Shown: positions 39,363-50,100, counted from the first letter of the stretch. The stretch: 52,858 nucleotides of DNA from Sedimentisphaerales bacterium (GCA_963663965.2 CAXXFK010000003.1:1-52858); one strand, 5' to 3'. Numbers and translations: made by a program. Notes: generated by a model not told the origin, from the letters alone.

Positions 39363-40658
39363 ATGAAGATCGTCTTTATAACACCCGGTTCAGGTGATAA
39401 TTTTTACTGTGAAAATTGTATGCGAGACCGTGCCCTGATCCGCGCCTTGGGCCGGATCGGTCTGGATGTCATTTTCATGCCTCTTTACCTACCTGTTGAA
39501 TTGGAGCGCCCTGAACAGCATGTTTCGGTCAGCCCGATCTTCTTTGGCGGCATTAATGTATACCTGGAACAAAAAAGCGGCTTATTCCGTCACACGCCTC
39601 GCTGGATCAATAAACTCTTTGACAGTCGTTTTATGTTAAACCTGGCCGCCCGGAAGGCTGGTATGACCGATCCATCGGGTTTGGGAGATTTGACACTTTC
39701 CATGTTAGAGGGAAAAAACGGTAAACAAAAGCGGGAACTGGACATGCTGCTGGAATGGCTGGCTCAACCAGCCCATAAACCAGACATTATCTGCCTGTCC
39801 AATGCCCTGCTTAACGGCATTGCCCCGGCTGTCAAACAACAATTGGGTATTCCGGTTGTTTGCCTATTACAAGATGAAGATGGTTTTGTGGATTCCCTGG
39901 GAAGTTGGTCTGAACCGGTCTGGCATCAGATGCAGGCCAACAGCCAGTCCATTGACCGATATATTGCTGTTAGTCAGTTCTATGCTGACCTGATGCAAAA
40001 ACGATTGAAACTTAAGGACACCCAGGTTGATTTCTGCTATAGTGGTGTGGAATTATCGGATTATGAAAATAGCGATACTCGACCAACAGACTCCAGGCCG
40101 GCCATTGGATTTCTTTCCCGCATCTGTCCGATTAAAGGATTCGATAGTCTCATCCGTGCATTCACAACACTCAAACAGGAACCGGACCTGGTTGATTTAC
40201 AATTGGTTGTCAGCGGAGGTCAGATTGGAGATGATACCTTTCTTGAAGAACAAAAACAATATCTTGCCAGGCACAATATGCTAACCGATGTGCTTTTTAT
40301 GAATGATTTCGTTCATCAATCTGATCGCTTAAAGTTCTTTAACACCGTTGATATTGTCTGCGTTCCAGAGCAGGCCCCTGTCGCACATGGCCGCTATGCC
40401 ATCGAAGCGTTCGCCTCCGGCAGGCCGGTCGTTGCGCCAGATTGGGGAGTATTTCCTGAAATCATCTCTCTAAGCCAGGCAGGATTACTCTACCGGCATG
40501 ATAATGAAACCGATCTGATCGCAAAGCTGAAATTAATATTAACCGATCATGAACAGCAAAAACAACTGGCTGAAAACGCCCTCAACAAAGCGAAACCTTT
40601 ATTTGACATTGATAGAAATGCCCAGACTATCACCGAGATATTCGAGCAAACAATATAA
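39363..40658 (+). CDS. Glycosyltransferase family 4
   Basis: IGFLSRICPIKG, EAFASGRPVV..GVFPEI GT-B motifs. Confidence 0.9.
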   Translation: MKIVFITPGSGDNFYCENCMRDRALIRALGRIGLDVIFMPLYLPVELERPEQHVSVSPIFFGGINVYLEQKSGLFRHTPRWINKLFDSRFMLNLAARKAGMTDPSGLGDLTLSMLEGKNGKQKRELDMLLEWLAQPAHKPDIICLSNALLNGIAPAVKQQLGIPVVCLLQDEDGFVDSLGSWSEPVWHQMQANSQSIDRYIAVSQFYADLMQKRLKLKDTQVDFCYSGVELSDYENSDTRPTDSRPAIGFLSRICPIKGFDSLIRAFTTLKQEPDLVDLQLVVSGGQIGDDTFLEEQKQYLARHNMLTDVLFMNDFVHQSDRLKFFNTVDIVCVPEQAPVAHGRYAIEAFASGRPVVAPDWGVFPEIISLSQAGLLYRHDNETDLIAKLKLILTDHEQQKQLAENALNKAKPLFDIDRNAQTITEIFEQTI

Positions 40659-40669
40659 AATGTAAATCC

Positions 40670-41749
40670 TTATCTAAGAAACTGTACAGCGATATCATCG
40701 TAAAAACACTCTAAAGCCTTTACATATCCTGAAATACTGGAATCAATCTGTTCTGTATATCGATCCCGATTGGTGTCAAGTTCATCGATTGCCTCAATCA
40801 GCCAGTCTATTTCTAAATCTGCCAGCTTACGATTAAACCGTTCCAATCCCATTGACAACATAAAATCACGGCATTTGGGGCGGTATTCCATCATGACTGC
40901 CGGTACCCGGCCACAACAGGCCAGAACGACCGCATGCAATTTCATCCCGATAAATACCCGGCAACTCTGTACGGAACGAATAAACTGCATGCCATCAATA
41001 TAATGAGATTCAATCGAACCAACATCCATACCTGCTTTTTGGGCCAATTCTTCACAACAGGGTAAGTCTTTGGGCCAGATACAATAAAGCCGGATTTTCC
41101 AGCCTTTCTGGCGATAATGAGTAATAATGCTTAGAAGCTTTTCCAACACGTCTTTTCCCTGGTCTTCTTTCACCATAACACCCACATTAATACCCAATAC
41201 CGGCTGTTCGGCTTTGATGGGCAGTACTGCCTTCCCCAGATATAAAGCCAGATCACCTACCAGTTTGGTATTTTCAAATCCCTGTTCCTGCATGAGTGCC
41301 AAAGATAACGGGCCCCGGACCGAAATGCCGCAACATTGTTTTAGAATTTCATTCCAGCAAGCTCGATGTCTGGGAATATCATGGCGCGGATCCGTCACAC
41401 CTTCTACTGTTCCGGCTCCACATCCCAGGGTAAAAACCGGCCAGCCATGTTCCAAAGCGACCTGCATTGATTTTAGATTACCCAAACCGCTATATATCAG
41501 CGTGCCACCTCCCAGACATCCGGCTTTGAATCCACCCAACATCTCCAAGCCACGTGTCAGGGGATTTTTACGCGATTCACGGTGCCAGGGATAGATACTA
41601 TATCGTGACATCAAAACTATGGCAGCCTGATACATCGCTTCATCACCGAGATTATCATGCCCGGTCCAGCCGATATATCCGATCCGGGGTTTACCCACCT
41701 GCCCCAGAGAACGCGCCATCCTTGATAAAGTCACAAATTTCAATGCCAT
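40670..41749 (-). CDS. Polysaccharide pyruvyl transferase family protein
   Basis: NLGDEAM, LGGGTL, ISVRG..S, DLA, MKLHAVVLA, Y.PK. Confidence 0.88.
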   Translation of the reverse strand: MALKFVTLSRMARSLGQVGKPRIGYIGWTGHDNLGDEAMYQAAIVLMSRYSIYPWHRESRKNPLTRGLEMLGGFKAGCLGGGTLIYSGLGNLKSMQVALEHGWPVFTLGCGAGTVEGVTDPRHDIPRHRACWNEILKQCCGISVRGPLSLALMQEQGFENTKLVGDLALYLGKAVLPIKAEQPVLGINVGVMVKEDQGKDVLEKLLSIITHYRQKGWKIRLYCIWPKDLPCCEELAQKAGMDVGSIESHYIDGMQFIRSVQSCRVFIGMKLHAVVLACCGRVPAVMMEYRPKCRDFMLSMGLERFNRKLADLEIDWLIEAIDELDTNRDRYTEQIDSSISGYVKALECFYDDIAVQFLR

Positions 41750-41774
41750 ATGTCGTTTAACCTTAAGCTATTTT

Positions 41775-42176
41775 TCAAGCACCTGTCATTTGTATCCAGC
41801 ATTTTCGATTCCGGGGACCATCGAACTCGCAGAAATAAATACTCTGCCAGGTTCCCAGAGCCAACCGCCCTTCTTCCACGATAACCTGTTCGGAACAACC
41901 CATTAATGAGCTTTTTACGTGGGCATCGGAATTCCCTTCGGCATGAAGATAACCGGCGCGGTGTTGCGGGAATAATTCATTTAATGTCAGCAATACATCA
42001 TGAACGACATCCGGATCAGCATTTTCATTGATGGTAATTCCTGCCGTCGTATGCGGACAGAAAACGGTCACAACACCATTAGTAATACCACTTTCTGTGA
42101 CAGCCTGAGCAATATCTCTGGTGATATCGATCATTTCATTACGTCGATGTGTTTTTACGGAGATTATTTGTTTCAT
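41775..42176 (-). CDS. yjbQ: UPF0047 / YjbQ family protein
   Basis: PHTTAGITINENADPDV, HAEGNSDAHVKSSL, LGTWQSIYFCEFDGPR. Confidence 0.93.
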   Translation of the reverse strand: MKQIISVKTHRRNEMIDITRDIAQAVTESGITNGVVTVFCPHTTAGITINENADPDVVHDVLLTLNELFPQHRAGYLHAEGNSDAHVKSSLMGCSEQVIVEEGRLALGTWQSIYFCEFDGPRNRKCWIQMTGA

Positions 42177-42326
42177 AGCTCACTCTTGTTTAAACTTGCG
42201 AAATATAGTTAACGATCTATAATATTGTCCATTATGATACGTAACATCCTATTTTGCAAAGGATTCTGTAAAAAATAGCTTCCTGATCCATTCAGGATTG
42301 ACTCTTTAAATAATTGAAAGGATTCA

Positions 42327-43205
42327 ATGCCAACTCCCAATCTGGCAAAACTTGACATAAATGGCTTAGAAATAAGAGGTTATTCAGTCGCTGGTGAAGA
42401 AACCGTGATTATGGCCCCGTATTTTAATGTTTGCTTTGATATTGGCCGTTGCCCCGAACATGCCCTGAATATGGATCATGTACTGCTTTCTCATGGCCAT
42501 ATGGACCATGCTGCCGGGATCGCTTATTACTTTTCTCAACGGGATTTTCGTGAAATGCAGCCCGGATCGGCGCTGATGCCGGAAAAACTGGTTGGTCCGA
42601 TCAACGAATTGCTGGATTGCTGGGGGCGGATTGATGGGAATCGCCCCCCCGCCAACATTATTCCCATGAAGCCCGGCCAGGAATACGAATTACGCCGGAA
42701 TCTGTTTGCGTTTGCCTTTGCCACCAACCATGCCGGCGGAGCGCTGGGATACACGATTATTGAACGGCGTCAAAAGCTAAAATCAGAATATTTTGGTCTG
42801 GCCGGCCAGGAGATCGCCAAACTTCGTCAAAATGGGGAAGAGGTCACTTACACGCTAAACCTGCCCATGATCACATTTCTTGGCGATACGATGGGTGGCG
42901 AGTTTGAAAATCTGGCGTGTGTCAAACATAGCCAGATTATACTGGTTGAATGCACTTTTTTCGACCCTGACCATCATGACCGGGCTGATGCCGGGCGGCA
43001 TTATCATATCGACCGTCTCGCCCAGGTGCTGCCCACCTGGGAAAATGAAACGATCGTTTTGACACATCTAAGCCGTCGAACCGACCTGCGGGAAGCCAAA
43101 AAGATTCTTAAACAGAAACTGCCTCCAGAGGTTCTCGATAAGATCGTTTTTCTAATGGATCGTGGCCGTCACAAAAAAAACCGCACTTCGGAAAGCGCGG
43201 TTTAA
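42327..43205 (+). CDS. MBL-fold hydrolase, short-form RNase Z-like
   Basis: SHGHMDH, KLK.EY.GL.GQEI exosite, GDT, ECTF, THLSRR. Confidence 0.82.
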   Translation: MPTPNLAKLDINGLEIRGYSVAGEETVIMAPYFNVCFDIGRCPEHALNMDHVLLSHGHMDHAAGIAYYFSQRDFREMQPGSALMPEKLVGPINELLDCWGRIDGNRPPANIIPMKPGQEYELRRNLFAFAFATNHAGGALGYTIIERRQKLKSEYFGLAGQEIAKLRQNGEEVTYTLNLPMITFLGDTMGGEFENLACVKHSQIILVECTFFDPDHHDRADAGRHYHIDRLAQVLPTWENETIVLTHLSRRTDLREAKKILKQKLPPEVLDKIVFLMDRGRHKKNRTSESAV

Positions 43206-43294
43206 ACGGGCATGTTTAATACAGACGGGAATCTATGTTTATTTCGTATTGGTTAACGGTCTATCCTTTGCAGGATTAAGCACTATCATTTCAA

Positions 43295-43387
43295 TTAACA
43301 CAAGGCGGCATAGCTGGCCAGGGCCAGGAACAGGAAACGCCATTTGCGTTGCATGAATAACCAGAATTTGTAACTTACTACTTCCAT
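43295..43387 (-). CDS. Putative 30-aa small hydrophobic peptide (MEVVSYKFWLFMQRKWRFLFLALASYAALC)
   Basis: Below the ORF-track cutoff; AGGAG upstream and a sigma54-like promoter 49 nt upstream. Confidence 0.4.
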   Translation of the reverse strand: MEVVSYKFWLFMQRKWRFLFLALASYAALC

Positions 43388-43435
43388 TATTTTCCAAACT
43401 CCTAAGGTTGGTTGTTGGTCTCTTGTTAATCATAT

Positions 43436-43451
43436 TGCAAGATGCGTGCCT
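43436..43451 (-). promoter_or_regulatory. Sigma54-type -24/-12 promoter
   Basis: Minus strand AGGCACG-CATC-TTGCA versus consensus TGGCACG-N4-TTGCW. Confidence 0.55.
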
Positions 43452-43680
43452 TGAAAACCCTAAAGCGTAAAATATATTTAACCAATTGTAATTCAATGGG
43501 TTACTAACACTCTACCCCAATCCTTAAAATAAAAACTACGCTTCCATTCATGCCCTTATGATGCAAAAAAAAGACACCGCATCAACCCAAAACAACATAT
43601 CTCATTAATTTATATAATCTTATGCGTAATTAAACGCCAATATTTCTTTATTCGCTGTTGTTCGGAAGCAACACATTATC

Positions 43681-44223
43681 TTACCTGCCGGATTGATTCC
43701 GGGTAAGATGTTCTGACATCATTCTGGCATAGCCATAGCGTAGATATTCCAGGCCAGTTAAATCCAGTTGCCCCAGAACCTGCCGGATGGTTGATTCATC
43801 CGGACCTTCTATTTCGATAAAACAGCCCAATTCTTTCACGGTATCCAGACAAATCAGGCAATTGTTCATACGCCAGTGTTGACGTTTTTTTTCGATGGTC
43901 AGGCGGATCACAAAATCGAGTCGATCCAGAATCGTTTTGAGCGATTCGAGATTGCTTACCTGGGTTTCCAGTTCTTCCCGTTTTTTGAATGGGCCCGCCT
44001 GACGCGGGCCTTTATAACAGAGTACGGTAGTAGCACTACTGTCTTTGGCTTCGTATCTTATCCGCAGACCACTGTCGGCATTTAATAACCTGCCATCCGA
44101 GAAATCATAGTAGATATCTACCTGAGTCACCGTATCCAGCGGCTGGGCATTTACTGCGGCCAGTCGTTCTAAAACGGCATTATGATCAGGTACTTTTACT
44201 TTGGCTTCCAGTTCAATATTCAT
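43681..44223 (-). CDS. cyaB: CYTH domain protein / class IV adenylate cyclase
   Basis: ELEAK (ExExK), QVDIYY, LRIR, YKGP, REELE, EKKR, FIEIEG. Confidence 0.88.
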   Translation of the reverse strand: MNIELEAKVKVPDHNAVLERLAAVNAQPLDTVTQVDIYYDFSDGRLLNADSGLRIRYEAKDSSATTVLCYKGPRQAGPFKKREELETQVSNLESLKTILDRLDFVIRLTIEKKRQHWRMNNCLICLDTVKELGCFIEIEGPDESTIRQVLGQLDLTGLEYLRYGYARMMSEHLTRNQSGR

Positions 44224-44228
44224 AAGGA

Positions 44229-45719
44229 TTAATCCGCCGGCATACAGCGGCCATCGGCCCATGCCCGCAAGTCATTGACGCGTTCAGCCATTGTGACAGA
44301 TAGTGGTGGTGACAATTTCATTACCTCAATCAATATTTCATCGTTCAACGGGACATTGCGTGAGATGGATTCATGCAAACCCCCGATAATCACCTGTTCA
44401 ATTTCCGCCCCACTGAAACCTTCGCTGCATTTGGCCAATTGGTCCAGATCGAAATTGGATGGATCCTGTTTACGGCGGCGCAAATGAATTTCAAAAATTG
44501 TCTGGCGCGTTTTCTGGCCGGGCAGATCGACAAAGAAAATTTCATCGAACCGGCCTTTACGCAGCAGTTCGGGCGGCAGCGCGTCGATTTCATTGGCCGT
44601 TGCCACCACAAACACCGGTTCGCTATGTTCCTGCATCCAGGTGAGCAGGGTACCGAACATCCGCTGTGATAAACCGCCATCGGTGCTGCGCGAAGCGGCG
44701 GAAGCAAATGCTTTTTCGATCTCATCGATCCACAGCACAATCGGCGCCATCACCTGTGCCTGATGCAATGCCCGGCGCAGACGTTTTTCCGATTCACCGA
44801 TATATTTATCGTAGAGCGCCCCGGTATCCATCCTCAGCAGCGGCAACTGCCAGGCGGTGGCGATCGCCTTGGCACACAAGCTTTTGCCTGCGCCCTGCAC
44901 ACCCAGCATGAGCACACCGCGCGGCGCATTGATCCCCAACTCGGTAACATCACCGGCCATGGCATGCTGACGCTGTTTGAGCCAGCGTTTTAAACGTTTC
45001 ATGCCGCCGATCTCATCGAGTTCGGCCGGCGCTTCGACATATTCCAGCAAGCCATCCGCGTGCAGCATCTGACGTTTCTGTGCCATGACACAGTTAATAT
45101 CATGATGGTCGAATGTGCGGTCCTTGATGACCACATCGGTAATGATCTGGCGCGCCTGCCGGCGGCTGACGCCGCGCAGGTTACGAATGATGGTATTCAA
45201 TTGTTTTCGGGTAATATCGATGGTAATCGGCTGACGCAGATGGATCTCACGCAAGGTATTGCGGACAATTTGCTGAAGCTCTTCTTCATCAGGCAGTGAG
45301 ATGGTAAAACGGGTGGCAATTTCATTCAGGGGCCGGGGCAATTCATCGTGATAGTCGATAATTATCAACGTACTGCCGGTCCGCTCAAAATGGATCAGTA
45401 AATCCCGGAATACCCGCATGGTCCGGGCGTCATTGAGGTGCTCAACCAGATCGAGCATGACAGCCAGGCAACGTGGCTGGATACTGGTCAGATACAACAA
45501 TGCCGCCGCCGCATGCTCTGTCCCGCCTACGCCGGGCGACTGCGATACCAATCCGTTACGCACGCCGTCAATCACCGTCCACAAATGAAGATCCAATCCC
45601 AACTCAACCGCGACGTCCCCCACGATTTGACGCGCGTAAGACTCTTCGCCCGTTGATATAAACACGCAGTTATGCTGCGCCTCAATGATTGTTCGCAATT
45701 GCTCCTGATTGTCAATCAT
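44229..45719 (-). CDS. Ycf46-like AAA ATPase
   Basis: IGGMKRLKRWL, GVQGAGKS, WIDEIEK, LPPELLRKGRFDEIFFVDLP. Confidence 0.9.
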   Translation of the reverse strand: MIDNQEQLRTIIEAQHNCVFISTGEESYARQIVGDVAVELGLDLHLWTVIDGVRNGLVSQSPGVGGTEHAAAALLYLTSIQPRCLAVMLDLVEHLNDARTMRVFRDLLIHFERTGSTLIIIDYHDELPRPLNEIATRFTISLPDEEELQQIVRNTLREIHLRQPITIDITRKQLNTIIRNLRGVSRRQARQIITDVVIKDRTFDHHDINCVMAQKRQMLHADGLLEYVEAPAELDEIGGMKRLKRWLKQRQHAMAGDVTELGINAPRGVLMLGVQGAGKSLCAKAIATAWQLPLLRMDTGALYDKYIGESEKRLRRALHQAQVMAPIVLWIDEIEKAFASAASRSTDGGLSQRMFGTLLTWMQEHSEPVFVVATANEIDALPPELLRKGRFDEIFFVDLPGQKTRQTIFEIHLRRRKQDPSNFDLDQLAKCSEGFSGAEIEQVIIGGLHESISRNVPLNDEILIEVMKLSPPLSVTMAERVNDLRAWADGRCMPAD

Positions 45720-45953
45720 TCTGATTCCTCTAAGCAGAATATAATGCGTTTCGGGTGTATAACGTTATGATAGTCAAGGAGCCGCGAATGTCAATCGAAA
45801 AGGGAACGATCAGGATTCTCCTGTTTTACAACCTGATCTGATAGAGTAAATTTAAAATTGGGTTCCATCTGCTGATATTGATTTTTAATTGACTTGATAA
45901 CAGGTATTTTTATGATAATCCTGTAAAGATATTACTAAAGATGAGGTAACATT

Positions 45954-47015
45954 ATGTTTTTAAGACGATTTATTGCTTTGGGTATATTGGCTGTGACTCT
46001 GGTGTCTGGTATAGCAGGCTGCAAATTCACGCATGGTCCTGACGAGAGAGATCAGGGTGTGTGGTTGCTGGCTTATTTTCGTCAACGTTATGACGCCCGG
46101 GTTGAGGTTGACGCGGAGGGGGCTGTTCATACGGTGCCGTTACCCAATCCGATGAAAGAGGAGCAGCTGCACCTGGCGCTATCGACCGATGGCCGCCACT
46201 GGACACCGTTGAATGGGAACCGGCCGGTCTGGGATCATTTTATCCGAGATCCTTATATTGGCCGGGGACCGGATGGGGTATGGCGATTGCTGGCCACGGG
46301 CGGCGGACCGGGTAAAGATCGCCGGATTGTCGGACCAAGCTGCCTTTACGCCACCTCGACGGATTTAGTACACTGGCAGGTGGAAGACTATCTGACTCTG
46401 ATGAAAGATGCTCGAAATGAAGAGGGGCAACTGGCGGGTAATATCTGGGCGCCGGAATGGTTCTATGATGAGACAACGGGAGAAGCAGTGCTGATCTGGT
46501 CATCATCTTTTAAAGATGCCGGCTGGAAAGAGAGCCGGTTGTGGTACGCACGCACGAAGGATTGGCGTACGTTCACAACCGCCAGGGTTCTGTTCGACCC
46601 GCCCTACTCGGTGATCGATGGCACTTTGTTGAAGCATAACGGCATTTACTATCTATTTCATAAGGAAGAAGAATTTGGCGTTCGAACCGGGGAACGGCGC
46701 GCGATTCGTCTGGCGACTTCTGACAAGCTGGAAGGGCCTTATCAGATTTATGATGGTCCGTTGAATCACGGCCAAATTGTACCGGTGATTACCGAAGGCC
46801 CGGCGTTGATGCCTGATCCATCGGGAGCGGGATGGTTGTTGCTATATGATTACTGTATGAGTAACGATTATGGCGTATCGGCCTCGGCGGATTTGAAACA
46901 CTGGACGATTGAACGTGATATTGCCATGCCGCCTGATGCCAGGCATGGCAGTGTCAATCGCATCAGTCAGGCTGAAGCCGCCAGGTTGAGACTGGCATTT
47001 GAGGACAGCCAATAA
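45954..47015 (+). CDS. GH43-like five-bladed beta-propeller glycosidase, lipoprotein
   Basis: Lipobox IAGC; IRDP, WAPE, VIDG, TEGP, RHGS. Confidence 0.85.
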   Translation: MFLRRFIALGILAVTLVSGIAGCKFTHGPDERDQGVWLLAYFRQRYDARVEVDAEGAVHTVPLPNPMKEEQLHLALSTDGRHWTPLNGNRPVWDHFIRDPYIGRGPDGVWRLLATGGGPGKDRRIVGPSCLYATSTDLVHWQVEDYLTLMKDARNEEGQLAGNIWAPEWFYDETTGEAVLIWSSSFKDAGWKESRLWYARTKDWRTFTTARVLFDPPYSVIDGTLLKHNGIYYLFHKEEEFGVRTGERRAIRLATSDKLEGPYQIYDGPLNHGQIVPVITEGPALMPDPSGAGWLLLYDYCMSNDYGVSASADLKHWTIERDIAMPPDARHGSVNRISQAEAARLRLAFEDSQ

Positions 47016-47122
47016 TTATCGATTAAAGGTTATGCCGACTGATAAACGAACAGCATCCGGGCAGATTGATTGTTGGGTTCAATCCGTTCGTATCAGTCAG
47101 TTAATTTATGAATGAGGCTACC

Positions 47123-47962
47123 CTATTTCTTATCCTCCTGGATGGGGATATCGGCCGGGGGTTTGGTGGGGATACCGAGGGCGTGGAGGGCTTCTTCGCC
47201 GTTCTGTTGGGAGAACGTGTTGAGGGCTTCGTAGCGGTTGCAGGCGTAACTGAAGACCTGGTCGTCAGTTACGCTGTGGTCTTTCATCAATTCGGGGAGT
47301 CGGTCTTTGATGTATTCGGGGGCGAGTTTGGCTTCGCTGGGGTGTGTGGGGATTCTGGGCGGGTCGGGGATATGGACGCGGGGTAAATCGGGAAATGGGT
47401 ACTCTGGGGGGTAGGCATTGGGTTCGTTTGGTTTTTGTTGTAACTGCAAATTTTGCAGGAGCTTAAGATTGGCCTGGAAGGTTCGGTTGAGGTGGGCTTC
47501 GTAGCGGGCCAGGCAGTTGAAGGCGGGGGTTTCGAGGGTGAAGGCCGTGCCGACTTCGTTGTGGCGGGGTAAGTAGATGCTGGAGTGGGCGAAGGGCTGG
47601 TCGATGACGGTGTCTTTGCGGATTTCTTCGTTGGTGAGCCGGAGTTTATAGACGCGGGCGTCGATCAGTTCGGCTTCGATACGGCCGATCCGTTCGAGGC
47701 GCCAGGCGGCCGAGACGATCTGGTCGGCGAGGTGGCGTTGGAGATAAGTAGTCGGTTTGAGGTCTTGCAGCAATGCGGCGCGGAACTCGAGGTAGGTAAG
47801 TTCGGATTCGCCGGGGACGATGAGATGGGCGGGGTCCTGGCCGCTGAGGCCGTGTTTGATGGCATTTCTGGATGAGATGGCCTTGCCCTCGGGGGTTTTG
47901 GGGCCGGTGGATTTCTGGGCGTTACGACGGTTGGCGCGTAGTCTTCTTAGTGACGATGACAT
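47123..47962 (-). CDS. Conserved hypothetical protein, 279 aa, paralog of 1152..1991
   Basis: 267/279 aa identical; same AAGGAGG RBS. Confidence 0.9.
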   Translation of the reverse strand: MSSSLRRLRANRRNAQKSTGPKTPEGKAISSRNAIKHGLSGQDPAHLIVPGESELTYLEFRAALLQDLKPTTYLQRHLADQIVSAAWRLERIGRIEAELIDARVYKLRLTNEEIRKDTVIDQPFAHSSIYLPRHNEVGTAFTLETPAFNCLARYEAHLNRTFQANLKLLQNLQLQQKPNEPNAYPPEYPFPDLPRVHIPDPPRIPTHPSEAKLAPEYIKDRLPELMKDHSVTDDQVFSYACNRYEALNTFSQQNGEEALHALGIPTKPPADIPIQEDKK

Positions 47963-47995
47963 GGTGGGTACCTCCTTGGTTGGGAATTATTAATT

Positions 47996-48030
47996 ACGAA
48001 TTACGAGTTACGAGTTACGAATTACGAATT
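47996..48030 (-). repeat. Heptamer tandem repeat AA(T/C)TCGT x5
   Basis: ACGAATT ACGAGTT ACGAGTT ACGAATT ACGAATT on the + strand. Confidence 0.9.
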
Positions 48031-48682
48031 TAAAATTGTGGTATCCGCCAAGTGGCGGATGTTCGTTTTATTTTTAGTTAAGCTCAATTCTTGGTTGAGG
48101 TTAGGGCGATATTTTTTCATGTTGGGTTTGTTTCGTTTTATGTTGGTATTCGCTGCGCTCATGGTTGGTTTTATCTTTCGCCTCCGGTGCGAAATCCTGC
48201 AGGTATGCCTCTGCGAGGCGTGGGGTTTAAAATTTTCTACGCTGGTTCGGGTATTCCCGCCAATGAATTGGCGGGCTATGCGCTTTTGATCTCTCCGAGA
48301 TATTATTTGTATCCGCCATTCGGCGGATGATTTTTTTATTTTTAGTTAAGCTCGTTTCATTGTTGGGGTTAGGGCAATATTTTAACCCATTGGCTTTGTT
48401 TCGTTTTCTGTTGTTATTCGCTGCGCTCATGGTTGGTTTTATCTATCTCTTTTGCGAGATATCCTGGCGGTACGCCTCTGCGAGGCGTGGGTTGAAATTT
48501 TAATTTCGTGTTTGTTACCCAGGGTGGCGCTCGTCCCGATGGATCGGGACTCGCTCTGCCCTCATAGGTTATACTAATCCTTAGAGTATATGTTATTATT
48601 AATATCAGTATTCTTTCTTTTTGCTTCTTTTTCTTTCTGTGAAATCTGTTAAATTCTGTGAAACTTGTTATTTCCCCGAAAC

Positions 48683-48835
48683 ACGCCGGGGTGTGGCGAG
48701 GTCCGCGTTGCCCAGACCTTCGAGGGCCCAGCCCAGACTGACCCGCCATCACCCCACACCAACAACCATGAGGAACAATAGATTGTCTTCCTTCGAGGAA
48801 CACTATGAGGCTGCCTGGGTTGTTCGGCTTGGCGT
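48683..48835 (+). ncRNA. IS110 bridge RNA (target-binding and donor-binding loops)
   Basis: Two stem-enclosed loops, each with a CCTTCGAGG hairpin; flanking segments match the target and donor junction sequences. Ends approximate. Confidence 0.88.
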
Positions 48836-48864
48836 AACACAACCACTAGAAAGGAGATGAATCC

Positions 48865-50100
48865 ATGCTGTTCGCCGGAATCGATTGGTCCGATCAAAAC
48901 CTGGATTATTGTTTGTTGGAGGAACAGCAGGACCCACCATTGGCCCAGGGCCAAGCGCCCGTTAGCGCCGAGGGCCTGGCCGACCTGTTCGTGCATTGGG
49001 AACAATACGCACGGCCTGACCAAATCTTGCTGGCGGTGGAAACCTCCTGCGGCTGCTGGGTTCAAAGTCTGCTGGATCGCGGCTATCGCGTATATGTGGT
49101 TCATCCCGCCGCCATTAAAAAGTTTCGCGAAGCCTTGTATCCCCAAGGCAACAAAACCGACAAGATCGACCGGTATGTGATCGCCCGATTTCTGAAAATC
49201 ATGCATGCCGAATTGAAACCGTTGAAGCCCGACGGCGACGACATGATCGCCTTGCGGATCGCTACCCAAAACCGGTTGCGGCTGGTAGAAGAACAAACCG
49301 CCAAAATCAATGAACTGAAATCTCTGCTGAAATGCCATTATCCGGCCTTCCTGACGCTGTTTGGCAGCATAAAAAGCCATATCGCCCTGGATTTTCTGTG
49401 GGCGTTTCCCACCCAGAACCGAATGATGGCCCTGACACCCAAACGACTGGGAAAATGGTTGATCAAACACCATTATCCCAGCATGGGCCGTTTTGAAAAA
49501 ATGGCCGCCATTCTGAAAGCGCCGGCCTTGCCCATTGCCCCCAATTTGCAAGAAGCCCACGCTTCGCTGATTGGCTATTTGGCTAAAAGTCTGCAAGCGC
49601 TCACGCGCGAAATCGATGACTATGATCGGAAAATTAACGACCTGCTCGACAATATGCCCGAAGCGGATTGGATCCGATCCCTGCCGGGTGCCGGCAATGT
49701 GTTGGCCCCGGCTTTGCTGGCCTGTTTGGGGCGAGACCCGGAACGCTTTGACAATCCCGCCCAAGCCCAGGCCTTCTTTGGCACCGCGCCGGTTACCAAA
49801 CAAAGCGGCAAATCGTGTCAGGTCCATTTTCGCTTCGGCTGTTGGAAATTCGCCCGTCGCACTTTGCAGCTCTTTGCCGCCAGTTCCTGTCTCTTTTGTC
49901 AATGGGCCAAAGAATTCTACCATAAACAACGACAGAAAGGAAAGTCCTACCATGCCGCCCTGAGAAGTCTGGCTCACAAATGGGTAAAAATATTGCTGGC
50001 CATGAAAAAAACCGGCCAACCCTATGATGATAACATGTTTGTTAACAGTCAACATAGATATCTCGAAAATCAATCGCAATTAATAGCGGTAACTGGTTAA
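48865..50100 (+). CDS. IS110-family transposase (DEDD recombinase)
   Basis: GIDW, AVET, KTDKID, SLPGAG, G.AP..KQSGK; RBS AAGGAG. Confidence 0.96.
   Translation: MLFAGIDWSDQNLDYCLLEEQQDPPLAQGQAPVSAEGLADLFVHWEQYARPDQILLAVETSCGCWVQSLLDRGYRVYVVHPAAIKKFREALYPQGNKTDKIDRYVIARFLKIMHAELKPLKPDGDDMIALRIATQNRLRLVEEQTAKINELKSLLKCHYPAFLTLFGSIKSHIALDFLWAFPTQNRMMALTPKRLGKWLIKHHYPSMGRFEKMAAILKAPALPIAPNLQEAHASLIGYLAKSLQALTREIDDYDRKINDLLDNMPEADWIRSLPGAGNVLAPALLACLGRDPERFDNPAQAQAFFGTAPVTKQSGKSCQVHFRFGCWKFARRTLQLFAASSCLFCQWAKEFYHKQRQKGKSYHAALRSLAHKWVKILLAMKKTGQPYDDNMFVNSQHRYLENQSQLIAVTG

Noticed and set aside
48649..50079. 476-aa minus-strand ORF
   Set aside because: Antisense shadow of the IS110 transposase and bridge RNA; TTG start, no motifs.
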